From positions 455,050 to 519,049 of the forward strand of contig JBEKML010000001.1 of assembly GCA_050008535.1 (NCBI GenBank): a stretch of 64,000 nucleotides of DNA, written 5' to 3'. The position numbers and the translations under genes were made by a program. Below are positions 25,267 through 33,636 of the stretch, in pieces. Position 1 is the first letter of the stretch; each line of letters begins with the position of its first letter. This stretch comes from Minisyncoccia bacterium (GTDB lineage Bacteria > Patescibacteriota > Minisyncoccia > UBA6257 > 2-01-FULL-56-20). The notes beneath the pieces are model-generated. The model searched no databases. It worked only from the letters and a program-made list of their open reading frames with translations, and was not told the origin of the DNA.

Positions 25267-26625
25267 ATGAACAACAGGGTTGCCGTCACGAACGACATTG
25301 CGAACCGAAAAGAAGAAAATATGCCTGAGGGCGCCAAGGCGCCCCTCAGATTCCTTTTTGTTTCGAACGAGAGTTTGAGCGGGGATGTGGCTTGGACACT
25401 CAAGAAGGAAGGGTGCGAGGTCAAGGTGTTTATCAAGGCAAAAAGCGATGCCGACGTCTACGACGGTTTTCTGGAGAAAGTTCCCGATTGGGAAAGCTGG
25501 GTCGACTGGGCCGACGTTATTGTTTTTGATCACGTCGGATACGGGGACACCGCCGACCGTCTGCGCCGGAAAGGGAAGAAGGTGGTCGGCTGCTCGGCGT
25601 ACACCGATCGGCTGGAGGTTGACCGGGAATTTGGGCAGACGGAAATGAAAAAATATGGCATCAATGTGCTACCGAGCTGGAATTTCTCAAATTACGACGA
25701 AGCAATAGAGTTCATAAAAAATAACCCGTCGCGTTACGTTTTCAAGCCGAACGGCAACACTCCTTCGTCGGGGAAGGGTCTTTTGTTTCTGGGAGAGGAA
25801 GAAGACGGGAAAGATCTTCTTGAGATGCTTGGCCAAAACAAGGCGGTGTGGCAAAAAAAAGCGCCGGCGTTCCATCTTCAGCGGCTCGTCGTGGGAGTGG
25901 AAGTCGCCGTGGGGGCTTTCTTTAATGGCAAAGATTTTATTTTGCCCATCAACACCAATTTCGAGCACAAGCGCATTTTCCCCGGAGAAGTGGGGCCGTT
26001 CACGGGCGACATGGGCGCTCTTCTGTTTTGGAGCGAGCCGAACACTCTTTTCAAAGAGACGCTTGAGAAGATACTTCCGGCGCTCCAGCAATCAGGATAT
26101 GCAGGATATATTGATATTAATTGTATTGTAAACGGCCGGGGCATCTATCCGCTTGAATTTACCGCGCGCTTTGGATATCCCACCATTTCCGTCCAGCTGG
26201 AGGGCATTTCCACGCCGGCTGCGGAATGGTTGTTAAAATTAGCCAACGGCGAAACATTCGAACTAAAGACAAAACGAGGCTTTCAGATCGGCGTGGAGAT
26301 ATTCGTGCCTACTTATTTCAGCAGAAGGGACAAGGAAACGGTGGAAATATACCGCGATTTGCCGATCTTTTTCAAAAAGCCGAACAATATTGACGGGATC
26401 CATATTCAGGACGTCAAAATGGAGGAGGGGATCTGGCGCATTGCCGGCGAGTCGGGATCGCTCCTTGTTGTTACGGGTTCCGGAAACACCGTGGAGGAAG
26501 CACAGCATCAGACCTATTCGCGGATCCAAAACATCATGATCCAAAACATGTTCTACAGAAGCGACATCGGATCGCGATGGGCCATCGAACGGGATAGATT
26601 GCAAACGTGGGGCTACCTTTCATGA
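25267..26625 (+). CDS. ATP-grasp superfamily enzyme, PurD-like (lacks the canonical GGREHA motif)
   Basis: 452 aa. The C-terminal half resembles PurD: YAGYIDINCIVNGRGIYPLEFTARFGYP is close to LEFNVRFGDPE. The N-terminus differs from bona fide PurD. Confidence 0.55.
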   Translation: MNNRVAVTNDIANRKEENMPEGAKAPLRFLFVSNESLSGDVAWTLKKEGCEVKVFIKAKSDADVYDGFLEKVPDWESWVDWADVIVFDHVGYGDTADRLRRKGKKVVGCSAYTDRLEVDREFGQTEMKKYGINVLPSWNFSNYDEAIEFIKNNPSRYVFKPNGNTPSSGKGLLFLGEEEDGKDLLEMLGQNKAVWQKKAPAFHLQRLVVGVEVAVGAFFNGKDFILPINTNFEHKRIFPGEVGPFTGDMGALLFWSEPNTLFKETLEKILPALQQSGYAGYIDINCIVNGRGIYPLEFTARFGYPTISVQLEGISTPAAEWLLKLANGETFELKTKRGFQIGVEIFVPTYFSRRDKETVEIYRDLPIFFKKPNNIDGIHIQDVKMEEGIWRIAGESGSLLVVTGSGNTVEEAQHQTYSRIQNIMIQNMFYRSDIGSRWAIERDRLQTWGYLS

Positions 26626-26629
26626 CGCA

Positions 26630-27787
26630 ATGAAATATGATTTCGCCGTGCTCGGGGCCGACGGCATACAGGGCCGCATCGTGGTGCGGGACCTGCTTGA
26701 ACAGGGTTACCATGTTTTCGCCGCCGATCTTTACAAAACGAAACTCGCTGCTTTACTTGAACGATATGACCGCAGGCGGTATACGTTCGCGCGCGTAGAC
26801 CTTCGGAACATAGACGCCGCCAAGAAGGTCATTCGAAGGTCCGGCGCGGATGTGGTGATCAATTGCGCCGACATGTACTGGAATTTGAATGTTTACAAAG
26901 CGTGCCTTGCTACCCGGAGGCATTGTGTTGATCTCGGTTCATGGATCGAATTGACCAGGCAACAGCTCGGTTTGGACCGGCGTTTCAAAGAGATCGGGAG
27001 AACCGCGATCACGGGATGCGGTTCGGTGCCGGGGATCGGCAACGTGATGTTGCGGTATGCCGCTAAAAAATTCGATACGGTGGAAAGCGTCGATGTCGGC
27101 TTTGCGTGGGATTCCAATCAGAAAAAATTCGTGGAACCGTTTTCCATGAAAAGTATTCTTGAGGAACTTACCTATAATCCGAAGTTCATTAAGAATGGCC
27201 GGTGGACCGAACGAAGGCCGCTTGAGGTGGTGCGCGAGCGCAACTATCGGCTTGTGGGGCGGCAAAAAGCGTTTTTGATACAACATCCGGAAATCTATAC
27301 TTTTTATCGTAACTACAAGGCAAAGGGGCTCAAAAACGTAAGATTTTTCGGGGGCTTTCCGGAACATTCTTTAGAGAAGATCCGCGCCTTGATCGACCTC
27401 AATTTTCACCGCGACAAACCGGTGAAGCTTGAAGGGATCAGGGTTGCTCCTTTTGACATGCTGGCGCCGGTCCTGAAAACGTTGCCGTTTCCGGATGGCT
27501 ATACCGAAAAAGAAAATTTATTTGTGGAGATCACGGGCCGGAAAAACGGTAAAAGAAAAAAAATATTAATGGAATGCCTCGTGCCCGTGGTCAAGGGATG
27601 GGAAAACGCCGGTTGCAACATAGACACCGGTTTCCCGGCGGTCATCATGGCAAAAATGATCAAGGAAGGTGTTATAAAAGAACCTGGAAGCTTCTCGCCC
27701 GAAGCCGTCGTGCCCGAAGAGCCGTTCTTCCGGGCGCTTGCGAAGAAAAAATTGGAGGTATACGAGAACGGGAAGAGGATAAACTGA
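26630..27787 (+). CDS. Saccharopine dehydrogenase-like NAD(P)-binding oxidoreductase
   Basis: FAVLGADGIQGR Rossmann start. About 385 aa with the domain order of the saccharopine / carboxynorspermidine dehydrogenase family. Confidence 0.6.
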   Translation: MKYDFAVLGADGIQGRIVVRDLLEQGYHVFAADLYKTKLAALLERYDRRRYTFARVDLRNIDAAKKVIRRSGADVVINCADMYWNLNVYKACLATRRHCVDLGSWIELTRQQLGLDRRFKEIGRTAITGCGSVPGIGNVMLRYAAKKFDTVESVDVGFAWDSNQKKFVEPFSMKSILEELTYNPKFIKNGRWTERRPLEVVRERNYRLVGRQKAFLIQHPEIYTFYRNYKAKGLKNVRFFGGFPEHSLEKIRALIDLNFHRDKPVKLEGIRVAPFDMLAPVLKTLPFPDGYTEKENLFVEITGRKNGKRKKILMECLVPVVKGWENAGCNIDTGFPAVIMAKMIKEGVIKEPGSFSPEAVVPEEPFFRALAKKKLEVYENGKRIN

Positions 27788-27798
27788 AAAACTCCACC

Positions 27799-28218
27799 TC
27801 AGAGAACGGGGCCGTCGTTATAGGTTGCGTAGTCCGAAGTAAGTTCTTCTCCGGCTTTTATTTCACGAAGAGAGGTGAAGCGCCCCCCAACAGAATCAAC
27901 TTTTATATTGGGAGTTGTGGAATAGTTTATGAAAGAACTGATAGTGATATTGTTGAGACCGTCTTTCGGGACAAGATAACAATTTTCCCGGTAGACACAT
28001 ATGTCGTCTACATATTTTTTCACGGATTCGGGGATGGCTGGATCGTTCATGATCTCGGCCTCCGGGATTTCGGTGAATTCGATGTTGTCTCCCGGAAACG
28101 GGTCAATGCCGGGGGGGATGTCGCGGATGGCGAAGAGGCCCACGCCGCCGAGCGGCGAAGGTTGCGGGCGCACATAGACACCGTTCTTTAAGTTGGCGAT
28201 CAACAGCGATTTATCCAT
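27799..28218 (-). CDS. Minimal SET-domain protein (putative protein-lysine methyltransferase), paralog A
   Basis: GGVGLFA (GxG), INYSTTPN (NHSxxPN-like) and GEELTSDY (ELxxDY) SET signatures. 139 aa. Confidence 0.7.
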   Translation of the reverse strand: MDKSLLIANLKNGVYVRPQPSPLGGVGLFAIRDIPPGIDPFPGDNIEFTEIPEAEIMNDPAIPESVKKYVDDICVYRENCYLVPKDGLNNITISSFINYSTTPNIKVDSVGGRFTSLREIKAGEELTSDYATYNDGPVL

Positions 28219-28284
28219 GCAATAATATTACTATTATAAGTTGTCTAAACCAAGACGAGATGGTATTATCGAAAAAACAATAAT

Positions 28285-29322
28285 ATGAGAAAGAATCCGT
28301 TTGAAGATGAACAGAGGCAGCGGTGCGACCGATCGTATGCGGAGGTGCAGAAATTATTAGAGGTTCTTAATCGTTATAAAGCGACCGAGCTCGCGCCGGG
28401 AATTGTTGTGGAGCGCGTTGAATGTCATGATGATGAAGCGGCAAAGAGAGCCGGGCGGGAGATTCATGAATTTTACGGTAAATTCTTTACGCCAGAGGAA
28501 CAAACAGATTCGATGGCATATGAAATAGGGATAAAATATGGATTGACTGACAACTATGCGGCTAGGAATGCCGAGGGGAAACTGATAACCCTTTTGCAGA
28601 CCGCAAGCATCGAGATTCCTGGTGGGGAACCCGGTACTTCAGAGATTGCGTTGGTTGTCTGGTATGTTGCGACGGATCCGGAGTATAAGGGTCAGTCGCT
28701 AATGCCGGATCTTATTGAAATGGCCCTCAGGGGGTCGCTTGAGAAAGCAAAAACAGGTGGCAAGGAGATGGGTTCCTTTATCGGAGAAGCGGAACCGGAG
28801 GTGGAAAAACTTTTTAATCGCTTCGGCCTCAAGCGATTCTATTACGAAAAGAGCGACGGCGCCCTACAGGAGGTTCCCTACGAGTTTCCTCCCGAAGATG
28901 ATTCGGAAGTGGGGGCTCCCGCACATCTTATGATGCGTTTTTTCGATGGAACCGAAAAATTGCCGCTTGATAGGTTAGGGGGGATGGTGGATGCGCTTCA
29001 CGCTGAATATACCCACAGCCAGTATTTTACGCCGGACTACCTGAAATTTGTTCAAGAATGGTACAACCAACGCGTGGCGCCAGACGAGCAGGATCACACG
29101 GTTATCAATAAGCTGACTGCGGGTCTTTATCATCGTCAATACAATAAAATCGTGGAGAATATGAGAAAGCTCTTCAATGACCGCATGAGAGGCGTGCGGG
29201 AAGTGTTTAGTCTTTCGGGGCAGGAACGCTCCACGTTGCTTAAGCAGGGGAAGACGATTCTTGATTGGGGGAACGTAATGAATCCGAAGCGGAGAGAGGA
29301 GGCGGAGGGGACAAACGAGTAG
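28285..29322 (+). CDS. Hypothetical protein, possibly GNAT-like acyltransferase fold
   Basis: IALVVWYVATDPEYKGQSLMPDLIEMAL resembles GNAT motif A (V.p.YrG.G....L). Otherwise no match I recognise. Confidence 0.4.
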   Translation: MRKNPFEDEQRQRCDRSYAEVQKLLEVLNRYKATELAPGIVVERVECHDDEAAKRAGREIHEFYGKFFTPEEQTDSMAYEIGIKYGLTDNYAARNAEGKLITLLQTASIEIPGGEPGTSEIALVVWYVATDPEYKGQSLMPDLIEMALRGSLEKAKTGGKEMGSFIGEAEPEVEKLFNRFGLKRFYYEKSDGALQEVPYEFPPEDDSEVGAPAHLMMRFFDGTEKLPLDRLGGMVDALHAEYTHSQYFTPDYLKFVQEWYNQRVAPDEQDHTVINKLTAGLYHRQYNKIVENMRKLFNDRMRGVREVFSLSGQERSTLLKQGKTILDWGNVMNPKRREEAEGTNE

Positions 29323-29348
29323 CGGCCGCGTCAGAGAGAGGCGGCCGC
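29322..29348. terminator. GCGGCCGC-N11-GCGGCCGC hairpin between convergent genes
   Basis: Perfect 8-bp GC stem between the stop at 29320-29322 (+) and the stop at 29353-29355 (-). Confidence 0.5.
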
Positions 29349-29352
29349 ACGG

Positions 29353-29799
29353 TTAACGTAGATTGAAGAGTATCACCCCGGCCAGCACAAGGCCGACGGC
29401 TACCCATTGTTTGGGTGTGGCGGGGATCGCTTCGGGAATCCATCCCGGTTTCACTCGCATGATGATTTCGCTATATGCGAGCGTGGCGATCCAGTAAAGA
29501 GCGATGACGAGCGTGATCGTAGTCATCTTTCCCGGTTCCTTCCGGAGAGCGACGAGCATCAGGTAAAATCCGCTCGCTTCGGCAACGCCCATGAGCGTTG
29601 CGTACGTTGCAGAGGCGAGCGTCACCTTCTGGAAATCGCTTCGGGCAGCGATGAGAATGGTGGCGATTGGGATGATCCATACCGCCGATTCGAACAGCAT
29701 CGTCACGTTCTCTCCGTGGGCCACATTCGCCTTGGTGGCGAAGATGTTGTAGGTTCCGAAAAGGAGAGAAGCGAGAATGGCATAAGCAAGCCAACCCAT
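29353..29799 (-). CDS. Small EamA/DMT-superfamily-like membrane protein (4 TM)
   Basis: 148 aa with four hydrophobic helices. Three nt downstream of SET paralog B (operon). Confidence 0.5.
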   Translation of the reverse strand: MGWLAYAILASLLFGTYNIFATKANVAHGENVTMLFESAVWIIPIATILIAARSDFQKVTLASATYATLMGVAEASGFYLMLVALRKEPGKMTTITLVIALYWIATLAYSEIIMRVKPGWIPEAIPATPKQWVAVGLVLAGVILFNLR

Positions 29800-29802
29800 C
29801 TC

Positions 29803-30276
29803 TTAGCCCTCCTCCAGGCCGGTTTCGTCGTTGTAGGTTTCGTAGTCGACGGTGAGCTCTTCGCCAGCTTCGATTGGACGAAGCGTGTAGAAGTAGTCCT
29901 CCGGGTCGGCTCCGACGTTCGGGGTCTTGGAGTGGTTGATGTAGAAGACCGGTGGCAGGACGTTCATCCCGCGCCGGGGGACGAACAGGTATCCTCCCCG
30001 GCTGATACACATGTCTTCTACGTATTTCTTCACCGTGTCGGGGATCTCCGGGTCGTCCAGGATCTTCGCTGCCGACACTTTGGCGAACGACATGTTGTTC
30101 GCGCGTTCATTGAACGGGTCAATGCCGGCGGGAATGTCACGGATGGCGAAGACGCCGATGCCGTGAGTTGGAGAGCATTGCAGGCGGACGAAGACGCCTT
30201 GCCTGAGGTGCTCAAGGATCTCTTTGGTATTTTTTAATCTCAATTGCAGCCTCCCTGCTGTTAGAAAATATAGCAT
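29803..30276 (-). CDS. Minimal SET-domain protein (putative protein-lysine methyltransferase), paralog B
   Basis: GIGVFA, INHSKTPN (NHSxxPN) and GEELTVDY. Clearly homologous to paralog A (27799..28218). Confidence 0.72.
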   Translation of the reverse strand: MLYFLTAGRLQLRLKNTKEILEHLRQGVFVRLQCSPTHGIGVFAIRDIPAGIDPFNERANNMSFAKVSAAKILDDPEIPDTVKKYVEDMCISRGGYLFVPRRGMNVLPPVFYINHSKTPNVGADPEDYFYTLRPIEAGEELTVDYETYNDETGLEEG

Positions 30277-30354
30277 AATTTACGTTGCTTGTCAAATTTT
30301 TGGGCATACTGTCAAGCGGTTCAAAAATAATTGTAAGTCTGGTACAATGCTTCG

Positions 30355-30672
30355 GTGACCATTGATGAATTTGCGCAGGTTGATCTGCGCGTGGGGAAGA
30401 TCGTTTCCGCCGAGCGGGTGGAGGGTTCCGAAAAGCTGTTGAAGTTGCAGGTTGATCTTGGCGAACAGCGCCAGATCGTTGCCGGCATCGGGAAACGGTA
30501 TGCGCCGGAAGACCTGATAGAAAAAGAGATAATCCTTGTTGCGAACCTTGAGCCGCGTAAGCTTATGGGGTTCGAAAGCCAAGGAATGCTCCTTGCGGCG
30601 CATGGCGAAGACGGCGAGCCGTTTCTTCTTGTGCCGGACGGGGTCGTTCCGCCCGGCTCAAAAATATCGTAA
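30355..30672 (+). CDS. tRNA-binding domain protein (CsaA/Trbp111-like)
   Basis: GTG start. LRVGKIVSAERVEGSEKLLKLQVDLGE is the OB-fold tRNA-binding signature. Confidence 0.75.
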   Translation: MTIDEFAQVDLRVGKIVSAERVEGSEKLLKLQVDLGEQRQIVAGIGKRYAPEDLIEKEIILVANLEPRKLMGFESQGMLLAAHGEDGEPFLLVPDGVVPPGSKIS

Positions 30673-30682
30673 AATAAAAAAT

Positions 30683-31180
30683 ATGAAAAAAGTTATTTCT
30701 ATCATTGCATTTGTGGTGCTTGCGGCCGGGGTCATTGCGGCGGCGACATGGTACAATAAAAAATCGGACGAGGCGATGCAGAAAGCACAAGTGGAAGCAG
30801 GAAATGCGGCACAACAAGCGCAATCACAAATTATGGAAAATCTGAAGATAAAAGATGTCGTGGTGGGCACCGGCGCCGAAGCGAAAAACGGCGATTCGGT
30901 AACGGTCAATTACGTGGGTACGCTTGATGACGGCACGAAGTTCGACAGTTCATATGATCGCAAGCAACCGTTCACTTTCACGCTTGGCGCCGGACAAGTG
31001 ATTCAGGGATGGGACCTTGGTGTGGCCGGGATGAAGGTGGGCGGGAAGCGGGACCTTACGATCCCGCCGGAACTTGGTTACGGCGCAAACGGCTATCCGC
31101 CGATCATTCCTGCGAATGCCACGCTTCATTTTACGGTTGAACTTTTGTCGATTGCGGCAAGTTCGGGGACGGTGCGGTAA
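30683..31180 (+). CDS. FKBP-type peptidyl-prolyl cis-trans isomerase, membrane-anchored
   Basis: N-terminal TM helix. FKBP domain VTVNYVGTLDDGTKFDSSYDRKQPFTFTLGAGQVIQGWDLGVAGMKVGGKR. Confidence 0.8.
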   Translation: MKKVISIIAFVVLAAGVIAAATWYNKKSDEAMQKAQVEAGNAAQQAQSQIMENLKIKDVVVGTGAEAKNGDSVTVNYVGTLDDGTKFDSSYDRKQPFTFTLGAGQVIQGWDLGVAGMKVGGKRDLTIPPELGYGANGYPPIIPANATLHFTVELLSIAASSGTVR

Positions 31181-31257
31181 TAATTGTCAAGCTTTTTGGG
31201 CTGGTTTCATTTTAGAATTTTTTAATGATTGATTTGTCATAATTATGGAAAACAACC

Positions 31258-31929
31258 ATGCGCGTATTGCTTTTGGAAGACGAAAAAGACGTCGCAAGCT
31301 ACATCGTGAACAGCTTAAAAGCCGAGCGGTTTGCGGTTGATTGCGCGGAAACCGGCGAAAAAGGTCTTATGTGGGCCAAAGTGAATCCGTATGACGTGGG
31401 CATTTTTGATATCAAGCTTGCCGGCGAGCAGAACGGGCTTCAGGTATGCAAGACCTTGCGTGAGTGCGGAAAGACGTTCCCGATCATTATCCTTTCCGTA
31501 ATGGGCGACGTTCCCACAAAAATCGAGGCGCTTAACCTTGGCGCGGACGATTACCTGGCAAAACCGTTCTCGTTCGCGGAACTTTTGGCAAGGATCAATG
31601 CGCTCCTGCGGCGCGAGAAAAAGATCACGGGGCCGATCCTTGCGGTAGGCGATCTTCAGATAGATACGCACACGCGTACCGTGACGCGCGCAGGGAAACG
31701 CGTTGAACTCAATCGCAAGGAATTCGCGCTCCTTGAATACTTGATGAGAAATCCCGGGACAACTTTGACGCGCGCGATGATTCTGGAGCACGTGTGGGAT
31801 ATGAATGCCGATCCCTTTACGAATACCGTTGACGTGCACATCCGGTTCCTCCGCGAAAAGATAGACGAAGGCCGCAAGAAAAAGCTATTGAAAACCGTGC
31901 ACGGGTTTGGGTATCGCATAGAGGAATAA
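31258..31929 (+). CDS. OmpR/PhoB-family response regulator (receiver plus winged-helix)
   Basis: Receiver domain with D51 (FDIKL). C-terminal trans_reg_C ([30 protein letters not shown]...GFGYRI). Confidence 0.85.
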   Translation: [223 protein letters not shown]

Positions 31930-31985
31930 CCGCGCGGCGCGTGGCGTGGTGCTTCGCATGGCCGGCCGCGTTATAATGAGAATCA

Positions 31986-32624
31986 ATGATTGCAAGAAAG
32001 GATTTGCCGCGCCTGCGGCGTCGCGCCGCACGGATTTTCAAAGTTTTGGAAAAGATTTTCCCGAACGCGGCGATCGCGCTCAAATATCATAATAATTGGG
32101 AGTTGCTTGTCGCCGTGCAGCTTTCCGCGCAGTGTACGGATAAAAAAGTGAATGAGGTGACGCCGGCGCTTTTTAAGAAATATCGGAGGCTTGAGGATTA
32201 CCTCCGTGCAAAGCCGCGCGAGTTCGAAAAAGACATTCATGCCTGCGGTTTTTATCGCGCAAAGACGCGGAATATTTTGGCGGCGGCGAAGGCGGTCAAA
32301 CAAAAATTTCACGGCAGGCTCCCGCGGACAATGGCGGAAATGGTCACAATCCCGGGCGTGGGCAGGAAATCCGCGAACGTCATTTTAGGGAATGCCTATG
32401 GCGTGGTCGTGGGGATCGCCGTGGATACGCACGTAAAACGCCTCGCGCGCGTGCTCGGGCTTTCCCGCGAGAAAACGCCGGAGAAGATAGAACGCGATTT
32501 GATGGCCATTATTCCCAAGTCGCGCTGGTTCGAGGCGACGTATCTCTTAATAGAGTACGGCCGCAAATACTGCCCCGCGCGGCCGCACGACCACGCAAAG
32601 TGCCCGCTCACGAAGGTGCTATAA
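31986..32624 (+). CDS. nth: Endonuclease III (HhH-GPD base-excision glycosylase), with only 2 of the 4 Cys of the FeS cluster loop
   Basis: LVAVQLSAQCTDKKVN and the HhH-GPD motif (IPGVGRKSANVILGNAYG..GIAVDTHV) are present. The C-terminus YCPARPHDHAKCPL ends before the usual CX6CX2CX5C is complete. Confidence 0.75.
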   Translation: MIARKDLPRLRRRAARIFKVLEKIFPNAAIALKYHNNWELLVAVQLSAQCTDKKVNEVTPALFKKYRRLEDYLRAKPREFEKDIHACGFYRAKTRNILAAAKAVKQKFHGRLPRTMAEMVTIPGVGRKSANVILGNAYGVVVGIAVDTHVKRLARVLGLSREKTPEKIERDLMAIIPKSRWFEATYLLIEYGRKYCPARPHDHAKCPLTKVL

Positions 32625-32631
32625 TATTCGC

Positions 32632-33051
32632 ATGGAAAAAACAAACAGAGAAGAATCCTTGAAAGAACTCGAAAACAAGGTGCGGATGTATCTTGAAGAG
32701 CGCGGGTGGGATAATCTTCGGCCGGTGGATGTGGCGAAATCCATCATGATAGAGGGCGGGGAACTCCTCGAACTTTTCCAATGGGAAAATCTTTCCTTGG
32801 AGGAAGTGAGGAATAATCCGGAAAAAGTTGCGGAAATAGCAAAGGAGTTGGCCGACGTTTTGATCTACGCGATAGAAATGGCGGTGCTTTTGCGCCTTGA
32901 CGCCCAAACAATCATCAATCAAAAGCTTGAACATATCATCAAAAAATATCCGGCGGAACTGATGCGGAAGAATGCCGTGAAGCCCGACTCCGCGGGGATT
33001 TCGGAGTATTGGCGCATCAAAAAGGAGCACAGGCAAAGGAAAGATTCGTAA
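32632..33051 (+). CDS. MazG-like nucleotide pyrophosphohydrolase domain protein
   Basis: EELGELLEL-type helix (IEGGELLELFQWEN) and ELADVLIYA motif of the MazG/NTP-PPase fold. Confidence 0.6.
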   Translation: MEKTNREESLKELENKVRMYLEERGWDNLRPVDVAKSIMIEGGELLELFQWENLSLEEVRNNPEKVAEIAKELADVLIYAIEMAVLLRLDAQTIINQKLEHIIKKYPAELMRKNAVKPDSAGISEYWRIKKEHRQRKDS

Positions 33052-33223
33052 CGGCAGAATACTTATCCACAGTGGCTTTCCGGCGGGATTTGCTACAATC
33101 ATTCATGTAGTTAACGTTAAGTTAACGGAACAAAAGCCGTTTCTCGTGTGAGGCGAGAAGCGGTTTTTGCTTTTTTTATGCTTTTGTGATATTATTTCCT
33201 CGGTATTGAATCTATCCTAGGGG

Positions 33224-33544
33224 GTGGTCTGTATGATCATCGTGGCAAGGTGGTGCGTACAGTACGCGGCGTATTCCTTGCTGACGCTTATCTGGGGAGC
33301 CTGGGGGCTCTTTCAGTTGAGCAAGATAGCCGCGATGTTGGCGGCGATAGGGGTGCCGGTTGACCCCGCCGCCGTCTTCCGTGATGGATTCGTCGCTTAC
33401 GTTGCCCTTCCGGCTACGCCGATCATCGTCGGGGTTCTGGCTTTCAGGCGGTGGTTGAAGAGGCGGCGCGAACGGCGGCAGCAATGGCCCGATGGGCAGC
33501 AAAAGAACAGAACGCCCGGACTGTTTCGGGTGTTTGAAAGGTAG
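33224..33544 (+). CDS. Small hypothetical membrane protein
   Basis: Two hydrophobic helices. Followed by a hairpin plus T-run at 33561..33602. Confidence 0.4.
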   Translation: MVCMIIVARWCVQYAAYSLLTLIWGAWGLFQLSKIAAMLAAIGVPVDPAAVFRDGFVAYVALPATPIIVGVLAFRRWLKRRRERRQQWPDGQQKNRTPGLFRVFER

Positions 33545-33560
33545 GTTGGGCTGTACAATA

Positions 33561-33602
33561 TGCCGTCGGGGAGCGTGCTTCCCGACGGCATCATCATTTT
33601 TT
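33561..33602 (+). terminator. Intrinsic terminator (TGCCGTCGGG-N10-CCCGACGGCA plus T-tract)
   Basis: Perfect 10-bp stem followed by TCATCATTTTTT. Confidence 0.6.
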
Positions 33603-33629
33603 GACTTTTGTGGCCGTGAAATTTAGACT
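33601..33629 (+). promoter_or_regulatory. Promoter TTGACT-17-TAGACT, giving a near-leaderless uvrB
   Basis: Hexamers seen directly. Only 7 nt lie between the -10 and the uvrB ATG. Confidence 0.4.
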
Positions 33630-33636
33630 TTTGACA

